Positions 37,201-51,500 of a DNA stretch of 64,000 bases are shown here, one piece after another. The position numbers and the translations under genes were made by a program. The stretch is from Syncephalis fuscata S228. Lineage: Eukaryota > Fungi > Zoopagomycota. The notes below the pieces were generated by a model. That model was not told the origin of the DNA, did not search any database, and saw nothing but the letters and a program-made list of their open reading frames with translations. Within the stretch, counting starts at the first letter, position 1, and every line of letters starts with the position of its first letter. The DNA lies in the NCBI GenBank assembly GCA_025786725.1, contig JAHLTZ010000035.1, positions 124,001-188,000 of the forward strand, given 5' to 3'.

Positions 37201-39141
37201 AGATTATATCATCAATCTACTTGAATTAAACAACATTGCCCATGCTATGATCGGTGAACTCGAGACTGGTCGGGGTATTTCTGCTGAAGAACGTAAGCGC
37301 GTATCCATTGCTATGGAACTTGTCGCTAAACCGACGATTCTTTTCTTGGATGAGCCGACATCTGGACTTGGTAAGCTAACCACTGCTTTAAGTATCTTAA
37401 CGCTAATTAAACGCTATCCATGTAATTAATAGATGCCCAAGCCTCGTTTACTATTGTATCGTTGATTAAACGACTTGCCGAGCAAGGACAAGCCATTATC
37501 TGTACAATTCATCAACCTTCCGCTATTCTTTTTGAACATTTCGACAAGTTATTGCTACTAGCTCGTGGTGGCAAAACAGTTTATTTCGGTAAAATTGGCA
37601 TGGACGCACGCATTCTAATCTCCTACTTTGAGCGCAATGGTGCGCCTGCATGTCCACCTACTGCAAATCCGGCCGAATATATTTTGGATGCAGTGGGCGC
37701 CGGCGTCTCAGCTTCTGTGTCACAAGACTGGCCCCAGATCTGGAACAGCTCCCCTGAAGCTAATGAAGTCCAGTTGGCCGTTGATCAATACGAAGCTGCT
37801 TGTGAACGTGCTGTTGCTGAAGAAGAGGCTCGAAACAAGAGAGAGCACAAGAAAAAGAAGAAGCCTGCCTCATACCAGACTAACAGTATTGTCCAAGCTA
37901 CTATTGTCGTTAAACGCATGATTCTTAATTACTGGCGTATGCCTGACTACAACTTTGGTCGTCTTCTTCATCAAGTTATTGTTGCACTCATTTTAGGCTT
38001 CACCTTTTACCGACTCGACTATAGCAAGGATGCACTGTTAAATAGATCCTTTGCTATTTTCCAAACATCTGTACTTGGTATTATCGTGGTCAATGATGTC
38101 ATGCCACAATTTTTCCAACAACGCACGCTATTCCGTCGCGAATCATCTGCCGGCTACTACTCTTGGTGGGTCTTTACAACAGCGATGATTGCTGCAGAAA
38201 TTCCCTACATTGTCTTTGAAGCAACTGTTTTCTTTGCCATCAACTTTTATCTTACCAACTACAACCCGGCATCGGATCGTGCAATTTACTTCTATTTGAT
38301 GTACATTGCATTTTCACTCTTTATGGCATTCCTTGGACAGGCCATGGCTGCAATGACGCCCAACCTGCCAGTTGCTATGCTTGTAGCGCCGTTTATAGCT
38401 TCGATGATGGGTAACTTTAGCGGTATTATGATTCCAGAAAGTGCTATGCCTACATTCTGGCGCCGATGGATGTACTGGGTCGATCCATATCATTATGCCA
38501 TTGAGGTAAGTAGACGTTGGTTTATATGCAATTATTTATAGCATTATGTTAACTATTTTATTTATTTATTTATTGTTTTATATTATAGGGCCTTATTACA
38601 AATGATATGTACGGCAAGAAGATTACGTGCAAAAACGAGGAATTCAATATTCTTCAGCCACCACCAGGCAAGTCTTGCGGCGAATATATGGCCAATTTCT
38701 TGAAAACCGGTCCTGGCTACATTAGTAATCCAAGTGCAACAAGCGATTGTCGCTACTGCCAGTACAAAATGGGCAATGAATTTTTTGAACCATTGGGCTG
38801 GGACTTTACACATCGCTGGCGCAACTTTGGCATTATTATCGCCTTTGCTGTGTTTAACATTTTCCTCGTCTATTTGTTTATGATCCGCTATCGTAACACA
38901 GGCCAAAAGTAAGTTGTTTATTTTATTTGTGTACATTTAAACTAACTAGCTATTATCTAGGATCAACAAAATTAAAAAATCAAGCGGAAAGGAACCAGCA
39001 GCTAGTGACCAAGTTGTGAATATGCCTGTCATAACAGCACCGATCCCCATGCGGGAAACGCCACAGCCAGAACCACAGCTTAACGATTTAGATGTCAGAG
39101 AGACTATCGATCGTACTGAAGTGTTCCACAATCTGGTATAA
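34204..39141 (+). CDS. Full-size PDR/ABCG transporter (NBD-TMD)2; about three apparent frameshifts
   Basis: NBD1 GKPGSGCST and VSGGERKR; NBD2 GSSGAGKTT and [10 protein letters not shown]; CTIHQPS; NPAEY; PDR-type cysteine-rich loops. Frame changes near 36290, 36650 and 36840. Confidence 0.93.
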
Positions 39142-39576
39142 TATTCTCTTTGTTTTTTCTTTCTCTCTCTCTCCCCTCATTGCATTGTGAGCAACTATTG
39201 CTCATTTAAAATTACCTTTATAGCGTTTAATAAAAGGAACTAGTATTTTTTAATTATGTTTTTATCACTTGTTTAATTGTTTAATAGGCTAACAAAGTAA
39301 GATTGTAAAAGTCAATTTAACATATTTAGTCTTTAATATTCATACTGGTTTATCTTCTTTAAATTACAAAGCAATTACAATATATTATTGTAATTTTTTA
39401 CTATTTAATTACTGTATTACTGTATAAATTATAATAATAATAATATATTTATAAAGCCAAAAAAATTTACTATCGTCTAATAATTATAATGCTTTATAGA
39501 TACAGATATTTATCATAGTTAGTATTATTACCGTCAATATCGTGTAAATGTTGTATGAAATGAGGAAACAAATTTA

Positions 39577-42500
39577 TTAGCAAAGTTTCATAAATACGAG
39601 ATAGTATGCCTAAGTAATTAATTAATACAATCTAGTCTATTATTAATAATGATTCTATAATCTTACATGAACAATCGGCAAGTAGCGCTGCGGAGAATCC
39701 TCAGGCAAATCATTTATGTGTATTTCCTGATAATTCTTGTCCCATTTATATGGATCACGCGAATAGCCATTAGGCACGGTAACGACCAATTCTTTCAACT
39801 TTAATTGATCCGTTCGAAATGCTCGATTCATATCCTCAAGTACAAGCATTCCCAGCGGATAGAGTAATTGTTCTTGCGGGTCGGTCGAATTACTATTGCT
39901 AGAAACGTGCGGAATACGTACATCTTTCAATCCGACGATAAAAAAACCTGATACACATAAGTCAGCGTAAGCTTGTTGAGCCGCTTGAACAATACGACAA
40001 CGATAGGCAGCTAATTGCTCAAAAGTTGTGAAAAATGGTCGTTAATATCAGTATCTTCAATATGTGGTATAATAACAATTGTAAGTGGCACATTGCCATC
40101 CTCAATCGGTGGTGAGCCATACAGTAATTTCTCCAAATGAGGTACATCATTGGCATCATCACCCAAATCCGTAATAAGCCCTATAAACATAATTAAGAAT
40201 AATGAGTAAACTATTATATACAAATCTATTAACATTACCAGTGACATCAACATTTGATTATTTTCAACAATTTGTTTCTTGCGCCGTTCTTCGTATGTTG
40301 CTGGTGCAGAGTCACCTTCAGGTTCATTATCTAATACATCAATTATTAGTATTGCCTTATTATTTGTTATTAAATAACTTACGAGGTAGACTGGGCGATA
40401 TGGGCTGTTCATCAGTTTTCTACATAAATATTATCAAATTATTAGCCTTCCAAGCTTTAGTCAATCAATCGATCAATCAATCATCTTACCTTTAAACTGT
40501 CGTCATGGTATAAACAAATTTCCTTCCAATTTGTATCATCTTTGCCAAATCGTTCAACCTAACATTCATTGTAAATAACATAAAATGCATGTTAAACAAG
40601 TCGTTTACCATACGGGACATGCATAACTGCGAGAAGGTATAGTTGGTATCAGCTCTGAAAGTCCAGACTGTGCCCATAATGACACTTTGTCGACTAATCG
40701 GCAAGGCAGGTACACGTCGAAGTATTTGTTTTATTTCCGATGCTGTTGTCGATAAATCAGTAATATCTAAACAAACCATATTCAGTTTATTATTCACAAC
40801 AATACTAATGGTCATTATTACTACATACCTTCATCTAGCGCATAATAATCACCGGTGGGTCTATTGGTTATTTTACGCACGTAATGATAAACTCATGTGT
40901 AAAACATAGAAAATCATATTGAACACACAGAAATGTGCCAAGTCCAAACGCAGAACAATAACGCTGTCGTTTTACCACCTAAGCATTTACGTAATCATTT
41001 ACGTAATTAGATTCACCAGCTATTATAATCACTTCACATTTACCAATTCCTCCAATTGATAACCATTATCAATATACGTGCGTAATAAATCGAATCCAAC
41101 TGGAATATAAAAACAAAACTCTCGATTATCGCCAATACCAATGGTACATCTTCCGCCTGGTTTCAACAGTCTATCATCGCCGTTAATCAGATTGCTTTAT
41201 CAATTCCATATAATTTGTATGTACCTCCATGCTGTTTGTGCCACTTTGGCCATTTCTTGATAAAATTCCTGTGAATTAGCGAATCGTGATAAATCACCCT
41301 GTAAACCGGCCGAGTATTCAACACAGTCTTTATAAGGTGGATGTGATAGGACATGATCATAAGATCCATCAATAAACTGATTTCCTTCTAAATAGCGAGC
41401 ATCTGACTTTAGAATAATGGGCCGTAAATCGCCGGTAATTCCAAATTCTGGTGGTACAGCAAACGAACAGTTTTTTTGTGACAATGCCACTGCCGTCTGA
41501 TTTTATTCTATGAGTTAATAACAAAGCTAACCATTTCACTTTGGTTTATCTTACCGGATTGATATCAACGCCAACACATCTAAATAGAATAGTTTTAGTG
41601 TATTAATACATGTTCATCCAATCAAACGTAAACAGCTACCTTCGTTGCAGTAAAAACGACTCAATAGCATCAGTACCTCGACCAAGAAAGTTTGATAAAA
41701 TACGATCATTTTGACGTGTATATCGTAATAACGCTCTAATTATCATTAGCATATTGCAGTTACAATGCTATAATCTATTACCTTCTAACCGTTTGAGGTA
41801 GCCATGTTCCTATTATAATAATCATTAATGTTGATACGAATATTAGTACTAATAAGAAAATAATATATTTAATACTTGCCATGATAATCTGTACCGGAAT
41901 GCGTAGCCCCTATAGTTATCATCGATTACAATAAATATTACATTAAAGTTGACACCAATAATGGCACACTTACAACGTGGTGCTCTTCCAGGAATATCAA
42001 AGTAGGTTGAATCATATGGCAAAGAGTACATCTGGTGTTCTTCAGGACCGTATGATTCAAGATATTTGGCATTGGACTGAGTCTCTTCAAATCGGCCATC
42101 AGTATAACAACGACGGGTCAAATATGGATTATGCATGTAATCATCCACATCTCCTACGTAGCCTTCATGGCTAGTGAGTTGTTCTGCATTGCAGGAAGAG
42201 GCTGTTGTAGCTGCCATTGTTGCATTAGCCTCCTCATCCGGTAATGTTATTTTTGTTTGCAATGATGTGTCCTCTATTGATACTGATGAGAGTGGCGGTG
42301 GCGATGGCGGTGGTAGCAACAATGATGGTGGCGGCGAAGAACGTTCCGGCTCTAGTGCATCAATAGCATCAGCAATTGTAGCTGTTGTAGGCAGTGTGAT
42401 CTTGAACTGGCAAAACATCGCTCACACACTCGTACTCCATTAAATACTAAATATTATACATCATTTATTCATATTAGTATTTATCATATTGGTTGCATAT

Positions 42501-45500
42501 ATTTTTTATCGACTACTATTACTCACTCTTACGCCAAGTAGGTGATGCATCGGTCCAACAATAAGAACAACGAGTTACACGTGCAAATCGAACACCTCGC
42601 ATGCCCGTCCAATGTTTACGTTCTATTAAACATGTTAGCAACTAGCCAACTATCATAGCAATAGCTTAATTATCATACGTTTTTTAACAGGATTGGGTGT
42701 ATTGTTGGCAATAATGGTTTGATTAACGATCATATCCTTGCCTAAGTAAATGATACAATTCCGGTTATTAAAAGTACTATTTATTTAATTGTTACTTACT
42801 TTTACCTGTAAAGACATTTGATGTATGTTCATGATTCCATGGATCGGTCTCAGAAGTAAAGCACTATAATGGTAATAGCAATAGAATAATCATTTAATCC
42901 ATTCTTATTTACACTATTAGCCATTAATTACCTTGCTACATAAGTCATAAGTTTGAAAAAAGTCTTCACACTTTGTACAGCTGAACCACGTATCATCAAG
43001 TTGTGCATCACATCGATTACATGAAAATATATCAATATAAGTATCTAATAGTAGAAATTATTAAGTAATATAAATAGTGGCAATGTCTTTAACTCACCAA
43101 ATTTGTGATTTTTTACTTCATGTTGCGGACACCAAAAGACAATGCCTTGACGGAAATTTTCAATTGGTTTGCCCGTGCAACCTAAATGGAAACTTCTACG
43201 ACATTTTGGTTCAAAACAACCAATAGTTGCACCACGTTCTTGACAGCCAATACAGCGCTAAATATATCATATATATAATTTAGATAACCATGTATTAATA
43301 CATATATACATGTATACAAAATACTTACCAATTTCTTGCCACGCCGTACAGCAGCTGTTACATTATACCAAGTACCATCTAAAGCAACGTGTACTTCAGG
43401 TGAGAACCGAGCACAAGCATCGTGAACCCAAAAACGTTGACGAGCTAATTAAATAAAATTGATATTCAGCAAGAGCAACGCAAACAACAATAATGACTTA
43501 CCAGTTACTGCTTTAAGTAGTTCAGTATCCATAGCTGCTATTGTAATAGCAGTACTATCTTCATTGGCCGGTAATGGTGCCATTAGATCTGAATGTAAAT
43601 GACCTTGATGCTGCTGCTTATGACGACGTTGAGCTGATGAAAGTGTACGTATAGTTCTTTTCGACACTGTTTGTGGATCTTGCATAAGGAATGGATACGG
43701 ACTGTGGCGACATATTCAGAACACGTGGTACACGGGTACCACGTAATCGATGTGTCAAGCCAGCTATAAAAGCTGGAATATTTACATTTATTAATAAAGT
43801 AGTTCAATCCTAAGAAAAACCTTTTATTACAAGATCCTAGTGTTTTATCTACCTTGCCGTATTACTCAGTCCCCCTTCATAATAGTAATACGACAATTGG
43901 TGGAGGACCTGGGCAGTTTGCCCATAAACTGCCCGTTCGCGTAGTCCCAATACTACAGATATAACACTATTTGATAGTCTCTACCATCGTAACATTCATA
44001 TTCATTCTCGTACCTCACTTCCATCAAATCATCTCATTGTTCATTGTTCATTGTTAATAACCATGTCTAGTATAACCCGTTCTGGTCGTAGTACGCGTAA
44101 CTCAGCAGCCGCAATGGCTACTGACGAGCCGGTACCCGACAATATGTCCGAAGTAAGCGGTACTGATGAAGTAGCATCAACTGAAACAGAAGAAACCGTT
44201 GATGAAGTCGTCCAAGTTGACCAACCAATAGCTACGGTTCAACAACAAGAAAATATTACTAGTACTCGTCCGGTGACATTCGCTACTCCAATCGATACAC
44301 CTACTGATACTAATAACTTAACGGTAGCTGTACCCGTCGCTAGTCAAGCATTAGTAGATAACTTATTACGCACCATTCTAAATCCTACCAACGGACTCAC
44401 TGTTCACCAAACAGCTCAATTGACAATGTCGCTGGTACACGCTTTTCGACAACTCAACCCAGGAGACCCAAATCCTCCAATTCCTACCTACACACCAGCT
44501 CCACAGTTCACTGTAGAAACGCCTGGCACTGCCCCAATTGCAGAACTTGGTCCACCTGACAACAACACCACACCCACACGCATCAACAGACGAGTGTCCA
44601 TTTCGTCCATAGATTCGGACGACTCTGACACCACATCCATCACCTCATCTTTCCCTTCCATTGCAGATAGTCAGCCTGAACCTGTTGCTGTTGTACCACC
44701 TGTGGTCACACAGCCACCCGACTTGAGTGTCCCTCAAGTGATGACTAAACTACCAAAAATGGATATTGACAAACTAGATTTTAAAGCGGATCCTTTTGAA
44801 TGGCTGCGTAGCTTCCACTTGATTGCTGGTTTGTCAGGATGGGATGAACCCACGAAATGCAGTCGATTGATGTACGGTCTGCGTGACCGCGAGAATGCAT
44901 GGTGCCTACTCAATATGCCGCGTGTCCAATCGTACCAGCCTGGCCTATTCGCGACGTTAGTAAAGGAGTTAGAGATTAAATGGTGTGCTGGTGATCCAAA
45001 AGAAGCGTTGAAAAACAAATTTTACTTACTTCGCTTAAACGACAAAGAAACATTATTCGAATACGCCGATAGAGTTGAAAGAGCTGGTACCAATGCCAAA
45101 AGGACGCCTAGACAAATTTGGAAACAGATCAAAATCGGTTCTAACGACTACGTCCGCAGCAATGTCCGCTCGTTACGAATCCGTTCTATCGATGACTTTC
45201 GATCTGTTGGTCATAGTATTGAATTAGGAAGATACACCCATAAGTTACTGCATGCGGCTAAGGCCAGCATAAACGTTGTTACTAATGACCAATCTCTGTC
45301 CGTGTCCAAGACGGCACCCAATGCAATGCAAGTAGGTACCCGTTCCGGCAATAACCGTCGCCCCAAACAACAGCCAGCTACACGTCGCTTCCCTTGTACC
45401 CTCTGTGATGATACGAATCACTACACGCATCAATGTCCAAATTTAGCCACTGCCCGTGCATCGATAACCAGTAAACTACCTGCTGGTGATGCCAAACAGG

Positions 45501-48500
45501 CGGAAAACTAAATGGGACGTCGATGTGTAAGGGTAACGACGTCCCACCCCAAGTAAATCCCTTATCGACCATATCCGCAATTAATGTTGCTTCCGCTACC
45601 ACATTATTGCAGGATGGAACGATTAATGGACATATGGTATCGATGTTAATTGATACGGGTGCTGAACGAACGGTTATTTCTAGCGCTATATGTAGAAATA
45701 TTGGCCTTGTCTTAGGCCCGTTCACTGATTCATTCGTTAGATTAGCTGATGGCCGACACGCTAACACTCGTGGCCACTCCTTGGTGGATATCGAAATAGC
45801 TAGCGTTGTTCGGAAGGTTAAAGCAATAGTATTAGATACTTCCCCGTATCCAGTATTATTAGGCATGGATTGGTTATCCGCCGCTGGTGCCAGCATTGAT
45901 TGCGCAGCTGGCAAATTGTTTATTGATGGCCAATCCATTGACATGAAATTGTCCAACACTCCATCGCACGGTATACATGTAGTTGCCGTGGCTGGAAAAG
46001 TCCGTAATGGCCGGATACTTTCTAAGTTACAACAGCACTTAGTAAGACGGGATATCCGACCTACCGAGCAAGTTGATAATGCCGTGGTATCATTGGCACT
46101 ATCCCAACTACCTCGAGTAGATCTGTCTGAGTCCATCCGACTAGCCCGACTCAACAAACTGTTACTGGAATATACGGATCTATTCGCGGTAAATCCGAAT
46201 AATCCACAAGCAGCTACTAGAGTTCGCCATACCATTAGTACTGGTGACTCTAAACCCATTAATACTCCTCCGTACCGTTCTGCTTACCGTCAACGTGAAA
46301 AGATAACTGAAGCCATTAACGATATGCTTGAGAATGGCATTATTGAACCATCTCGCAGTCCTTGGTCATCTCCAGTTGTCCTTGTTGGTAAGAAAGATGG
46401 TGGTGAACGTTTTTGTGTCGATTATCGTAAATTGAACGACGCCACTAAGAAGGATTCATATCCTACGACTCGCATTGATGATGCACTAGATATGTTATCT
46501 GGTGCCTGTTGGTTTACTACTTTGGACCTTGCCTCTGGCTATTGGCAAATCCAAATGAACGAAGCAGACAAGGAAAAGACAGCCTTTGTTACACATGCTG
46601 GCCTATATCAATTCCGTGTCATGCCATTTGGCTTATGCAACGCGCCAGCGACCTTTCAACGATTAATGGACGAAGTATTGGCTGGTCTGAAGTGGCATTC
46701 ATGTATTGTTTACTTAGACGATATTATTGTATTTGGTAGGACGTTTGATGAACACCTACAACGTCTACGAACAGTTTTTAATCGTCTACGCGATGCTGGA
46801 CTTCGCCTTAAACGTAGCAAATGTCACTTTGGCCAACAACAAATAGCCTATCTTGGCCATGTCGTGAATGCTAATGGTGTTAAACCAGACCCAGATAAAG
46901 TCGCTGCTGTGCATAATTTCCCTCGCCCTACTGATATACGTGGCTGTAAAAGTTTCCTTGGTCTTGCATCCTATTATCGACGCTTTATTAGCCGTTTTGC
47001 CGAACGAGCCGAGCCCATTCGTCGCCTTGAGAAGAAAGGTACACCCTTCGTGTGGTCAGACGAACAACAAACCGCCTTCGATGATTTACGCACTACATTG
47101 ACTAGTGATACTGTGTTAGCTTATCCAACACTATCTAAGCCGTTTCGAATTGAAACTGATGCTTCTACTTACGGTTTGGGCGCAGTATTATCGCAACAAA
47201 TCGACGATGGATGGCGACCGATTGCTTATGCCAGTAGAGCGTTGAATGATGCACAAAAGAACTATTCAGCTACCGAATGCGAATGTATGGCTATTGTATG
47301 GGCCATAGAGAAGTTCCGACCTTATATATACGGTAGTGAATTTACAGTAGTCACTGATCACTCAGCTCTACGTTGGTTAATGTCACGACCCAATCCAACT
47401 GGTCGACTTGGCCGTTGGGCATTGAAGTTACAGGAATACCGTCCGACTATCGAATATAGGCGTGGTACTGCCAATGCCAATGCAGATGCCTTGTCACGAG
47501 ATCCGTTGCCATGGCACGAACTAGTTGAACTAGCTGAACAAGACAAAGTAGAAGAAGTAATGCACATAGCTGAAAATACAACACCGTTGCTACCAACTGA
47601 AGAAGAATGGGTATATGCACAACAAACAGAGTTAACTACTGCTGATGTATATGCTTATTTACAACAAGGTGCTGAGTATATGACGCTAATGTCCGATGCT
47701 AGTCGGCGTGCTTTACGAAAACGTGCTAAACGCTTTGAGCTAGTGACTGGTCGGTTGAAGAGGAAGGTTATGAAAGGCGATGTGATGACAGAGTTGTTGG
47801 ATGTTGTGCCTAATCAATATCGACCTATAGTTCTATATCATTGTCATGATAAAGAATTAGCTGGTCATTTGGGTATTACTCGTACTTACCAACGACTACG
47901 TCAGAGCTACTGGTGGCAGAATATGCATAGTGATGTATGCGACTATGTGACATCGTGCACAGTATGTCAGAAGATACGACGAATACACCAACGATCTGGA
48001 TTATTACAATCACTACCAGTGCCAGAAAAGCCATTCGACTTTATTGCCATCGACCTTATGGGTCCATTTACTGAGTCTGAACATGGTAATAAGTACGTAG
48101 CTGTATGCTGTGATTACACCACGCGTTGGATTGAAGCCGCTGCTATCCCAGATGCAACTGCAGAAACTACAGTACAGTTCCTGATGAATAACGTTATTGC
48201 TAGACACGGCATGCCTAGTGTACTACTTACTGATGGTGGTACTAACTTTACATCTGGATTAACTGCCGGTATTGCGAAACGACTTGGCATACAGCGACGG
48301 ATTACCTCCGCACGACGTCCACAGACTGACGGACTAGTTGAGCGTTTTAATCATACACTTGCATCGATGATCGCTAAGTTCACTAGTGATTTCGAAAAAG
48401 ATTGGGATAAATATCTACCCCTGCTATTGTTTGCATACAGAACAACGAAACAGTCATCCGCTGGCCACTCACCATTTCAGTTACTATTCGGCCGAGAGGC

Positions 48501-51500
48501 GACTCAGCCATTAGAAGTAGCAGTTGGCCCTGTTTCAACGGCTCCAGTTCGGTTCCATAAGAGAGTAGAAGAATATGAGGAATACGTCACCGATCTGCAA
48601 CTCCGACTCAATGATGTCAGGGAAAGAGCCAAGTTAATGATTGAAGCGGCCCAACGTCGGCAGTCGGCTAGGTATAATAAAGGAAGAAGAAAAGAACCAT
48701 TTAAAGAAGGTGACTTAGTGTGGATAGAAGAACAACTACTAAAAGGTACGAAGTTGAGAAAGATGAAAGAAAGAATGAAAGGTCCTTTTAAAGTGATAGA
48801 ACAAACGTCAGCTGTCAACTACAGACTCAAGGATTTGGAAACACAAAGAATGTTTTCAGAACACGCTGATCGAATAATTCCACTTCACACACGACCTGCC
48901 CATTTATTATTACCCAACATATCAATTAACCAAATATCATTATCTAACCTTTCCACTAATTCACTTAATGTGTCAACGGGACGTTCGACACTTAGTGAGG
49001 GAGTGATGTGGCGACATATTCAGAACACGTGGTACACGGGTACCACGTAATCGATGTGTCAAGCCAGCTATAAAAGCTGGAATATTTACATTTATTAATA
49101 AAGTAGTTCAATCCTAAGAAAAACCTTTTATTACAAGATCCTAGTGTTTTATCTACCTTGCCGTATTACTCAGTCCCCCTTCATAATAGTAATACGACAC
49201 GGACCAATGAAATCACCTAATTCACCACCTGTTTCATCATCATTACAAAGGGCACATCGACGCCGTTTTGACCATCGTTCAAGAAATGCGTATCCTGTAT
49301 CTGCCTCGGCTAAAGATGCTTTGACTGTTACATTTATTGGTTCTACTGCAGTAATAGCCGACGCTGTTGTCGCTGTTGTAGTTGATATGCCATCTCGACC
49401 ACAAGCTGCACTAAATTCTTCAAGTGTCTTTGTAGCATCCAGTAAGTCGGTCTTTGGATTGAATGTATAATCAAATAGATCAAGTTCGTAGCGTACAGCC
49501 AATTCACGCGTTGTTTTAACTGAAGTAATACTTGATTCATCTAATACACACTGTTCGGCAAATGAAGATCGAGGATGTTGATGATGCCAAGGAAAGAAAT
49601 TGGTAAAGCAACTGATAATATGTAATAAATAGATGATTGTATCTAACTTAGTACTAATAAAGTGATAAATAAAGACGTAACCTACTTGATACAAAGTTCA
49701 AAACTAGAATATGTTTTATCTTGAGAAGGAATTTCGCAATACGTACAATAATAACTATAATAATAGGCAATATTAATAAATATATAAAATATATAAAATA
49801 TTATTAATACTTACCGGAATTGTCTAATGACCATACGACATTGATCACAATAAAGTAACCACGATTCTCCCTCTAATCATCAGTATAATTTTGTATTAAT
49901 TACTATTACTGTTATTATGGTTACATCACAAATTAAACTAATTACCTTCATTGGCCATATCCTCTCGAAAATATTCAATTTCAGTTGGTTCTTCGGTGTT
50001 TTCCTGTTTAACCGGTAATCCATGATGATGATGTTTTTTACGCGATATCTTTATTGACTTAGTTGATCGTGGAGATCTTGTATTTGTGTGGTCATAATTA
50101 ATCATATCCATTCGTGTCTTTTTACCCAGATTATCTAAATCTAATTTATCAAATGACTATTATTATAGTATATTTCAATGTAATGATTCGTTAGTTACTA
50201 ATAAGTTAATTGGCACAATTAGCACTTACTGCTTGATTGAGGGCCCATGGCGGTAGTAAAACGCGCCGTTTGCCACGAAGTCCTGTAGCAAATAATGGCT
50301 CACAGCCTGGACATAGTACAGTCGATCCAATAATTCTAAATTGTAGATCAGGATCTATAGTATCCGGTGCCTCAGTACGGCAAGATTCACAGCAAACGCG
50401 TTTCGATTCAAGTGCTGAATTCTCTGCAGCAACTGATGCCATATCTTCTATTTCTGAAGAATGCCCCTTATACTCATCGTCGCCTTCTTCTTCTTCTTCC
50501 TCCTCTTCCTCGTCTTCCGCCTCCTCATCTCCACCGTTAAACTTTGAATTAAAAAAAGCATTCAAGCCATTAACTGACGTATTTGCAACACTTAGTCGAG
50601 CTCGTTTCTTTTTACGAGACGTTTTTTGGCTTCGTTTACGGGATACACGTGCAGCTGGCTAATAAACAGTTATAACATTAATTAAAAGTTAACAAATCTA
50701 TTGTTTTGCTACTTACATCTGAATCATGTTGTTTTATACGACTAGCCAGTAGCTTTGTTTGCGTTGCAGCTCTTGAGAGAAATAAGGGCACACAATTAAT
50801 ACACACCATTAATTGGCCAATATGTACAAGTGCATGCCCTTTGACTGCATCACCACAACACTCGCATAGTGGATCATTAATGGTAGGTTTTGGATTTAAT
50901 GATACAATCGATGTTATAATTTCATTAGAAAGTGTAGCCTCTACAGTTAAAGGTACATCATTGGCGAGTACTATTTCTGATGATGACTTTTTGGGTGTAT
51001 TCTTTAAAACCGTACTATTTACTTTTAAAGTAATTGGTGTTTTTTGAGTTGAGTTACCATCCGTAATAGGCGCAGTACGAGCAGTACGACCACGACAATT
51101 AAAAACAAGTGCACAGGCTGGACATACCATTAACTGTCCAACATGGCGTAATCCATGTACAGCTATACAGCCACAACTCTCACAAGGTAATCGTTGTTGT
51201 TGCTGCTGCTGTTGCTGTTGATGTTTCTGTGTCACTGCTGCTGCTGCTGCTGTTGTTGTTGTTGTTGTTGCTGTTGCTGTTGTAGAAGTTTTAATATCCA
51301 AACTTGATCCATTTAACGGCTGTTTAACTTCAGATCGTCGACTTCGACTTTTAACTTGATGATTCATCAACGATGATGGCTGTCGCTTTTTAGTCGCTAT
51401 ACTATTTACTGTAGATGTCGTTTTATGGTGCTTTAACGAGCGCGATGTTGCTAATTTGGTACGATCAGGCACATCGGATGTCAGTAATAATGTAGAATCT

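Larger units (their letters stand above)
43703..49199 (+). mobile_element. Intact Ty3/Gypsy LTR retrotransposon (no chromodomain seen)
   Basis: Identical 193-bp TG...CA LTRs, 5-bp TSD CGGAC (43698-43702 and 49200-49204), PBS, PPT, gag and pol with PR-RT-RH-IN order. Confidence 0.98.

Noticed and set aside
45378-46259. 293-aa antisense ORF over the gag-pol junction
   Set aside because: Shadow of the pol reading frame; no recognisable motifs or independent evidence.
51195-51285. Trinucleotide runs (also 11890-11945 and 51860-51910) as a possible repeat array or CRISPR
   Set aside because: Simple coding microsatellites (poly-Q/A/T/N); no repeat-spacer structure.
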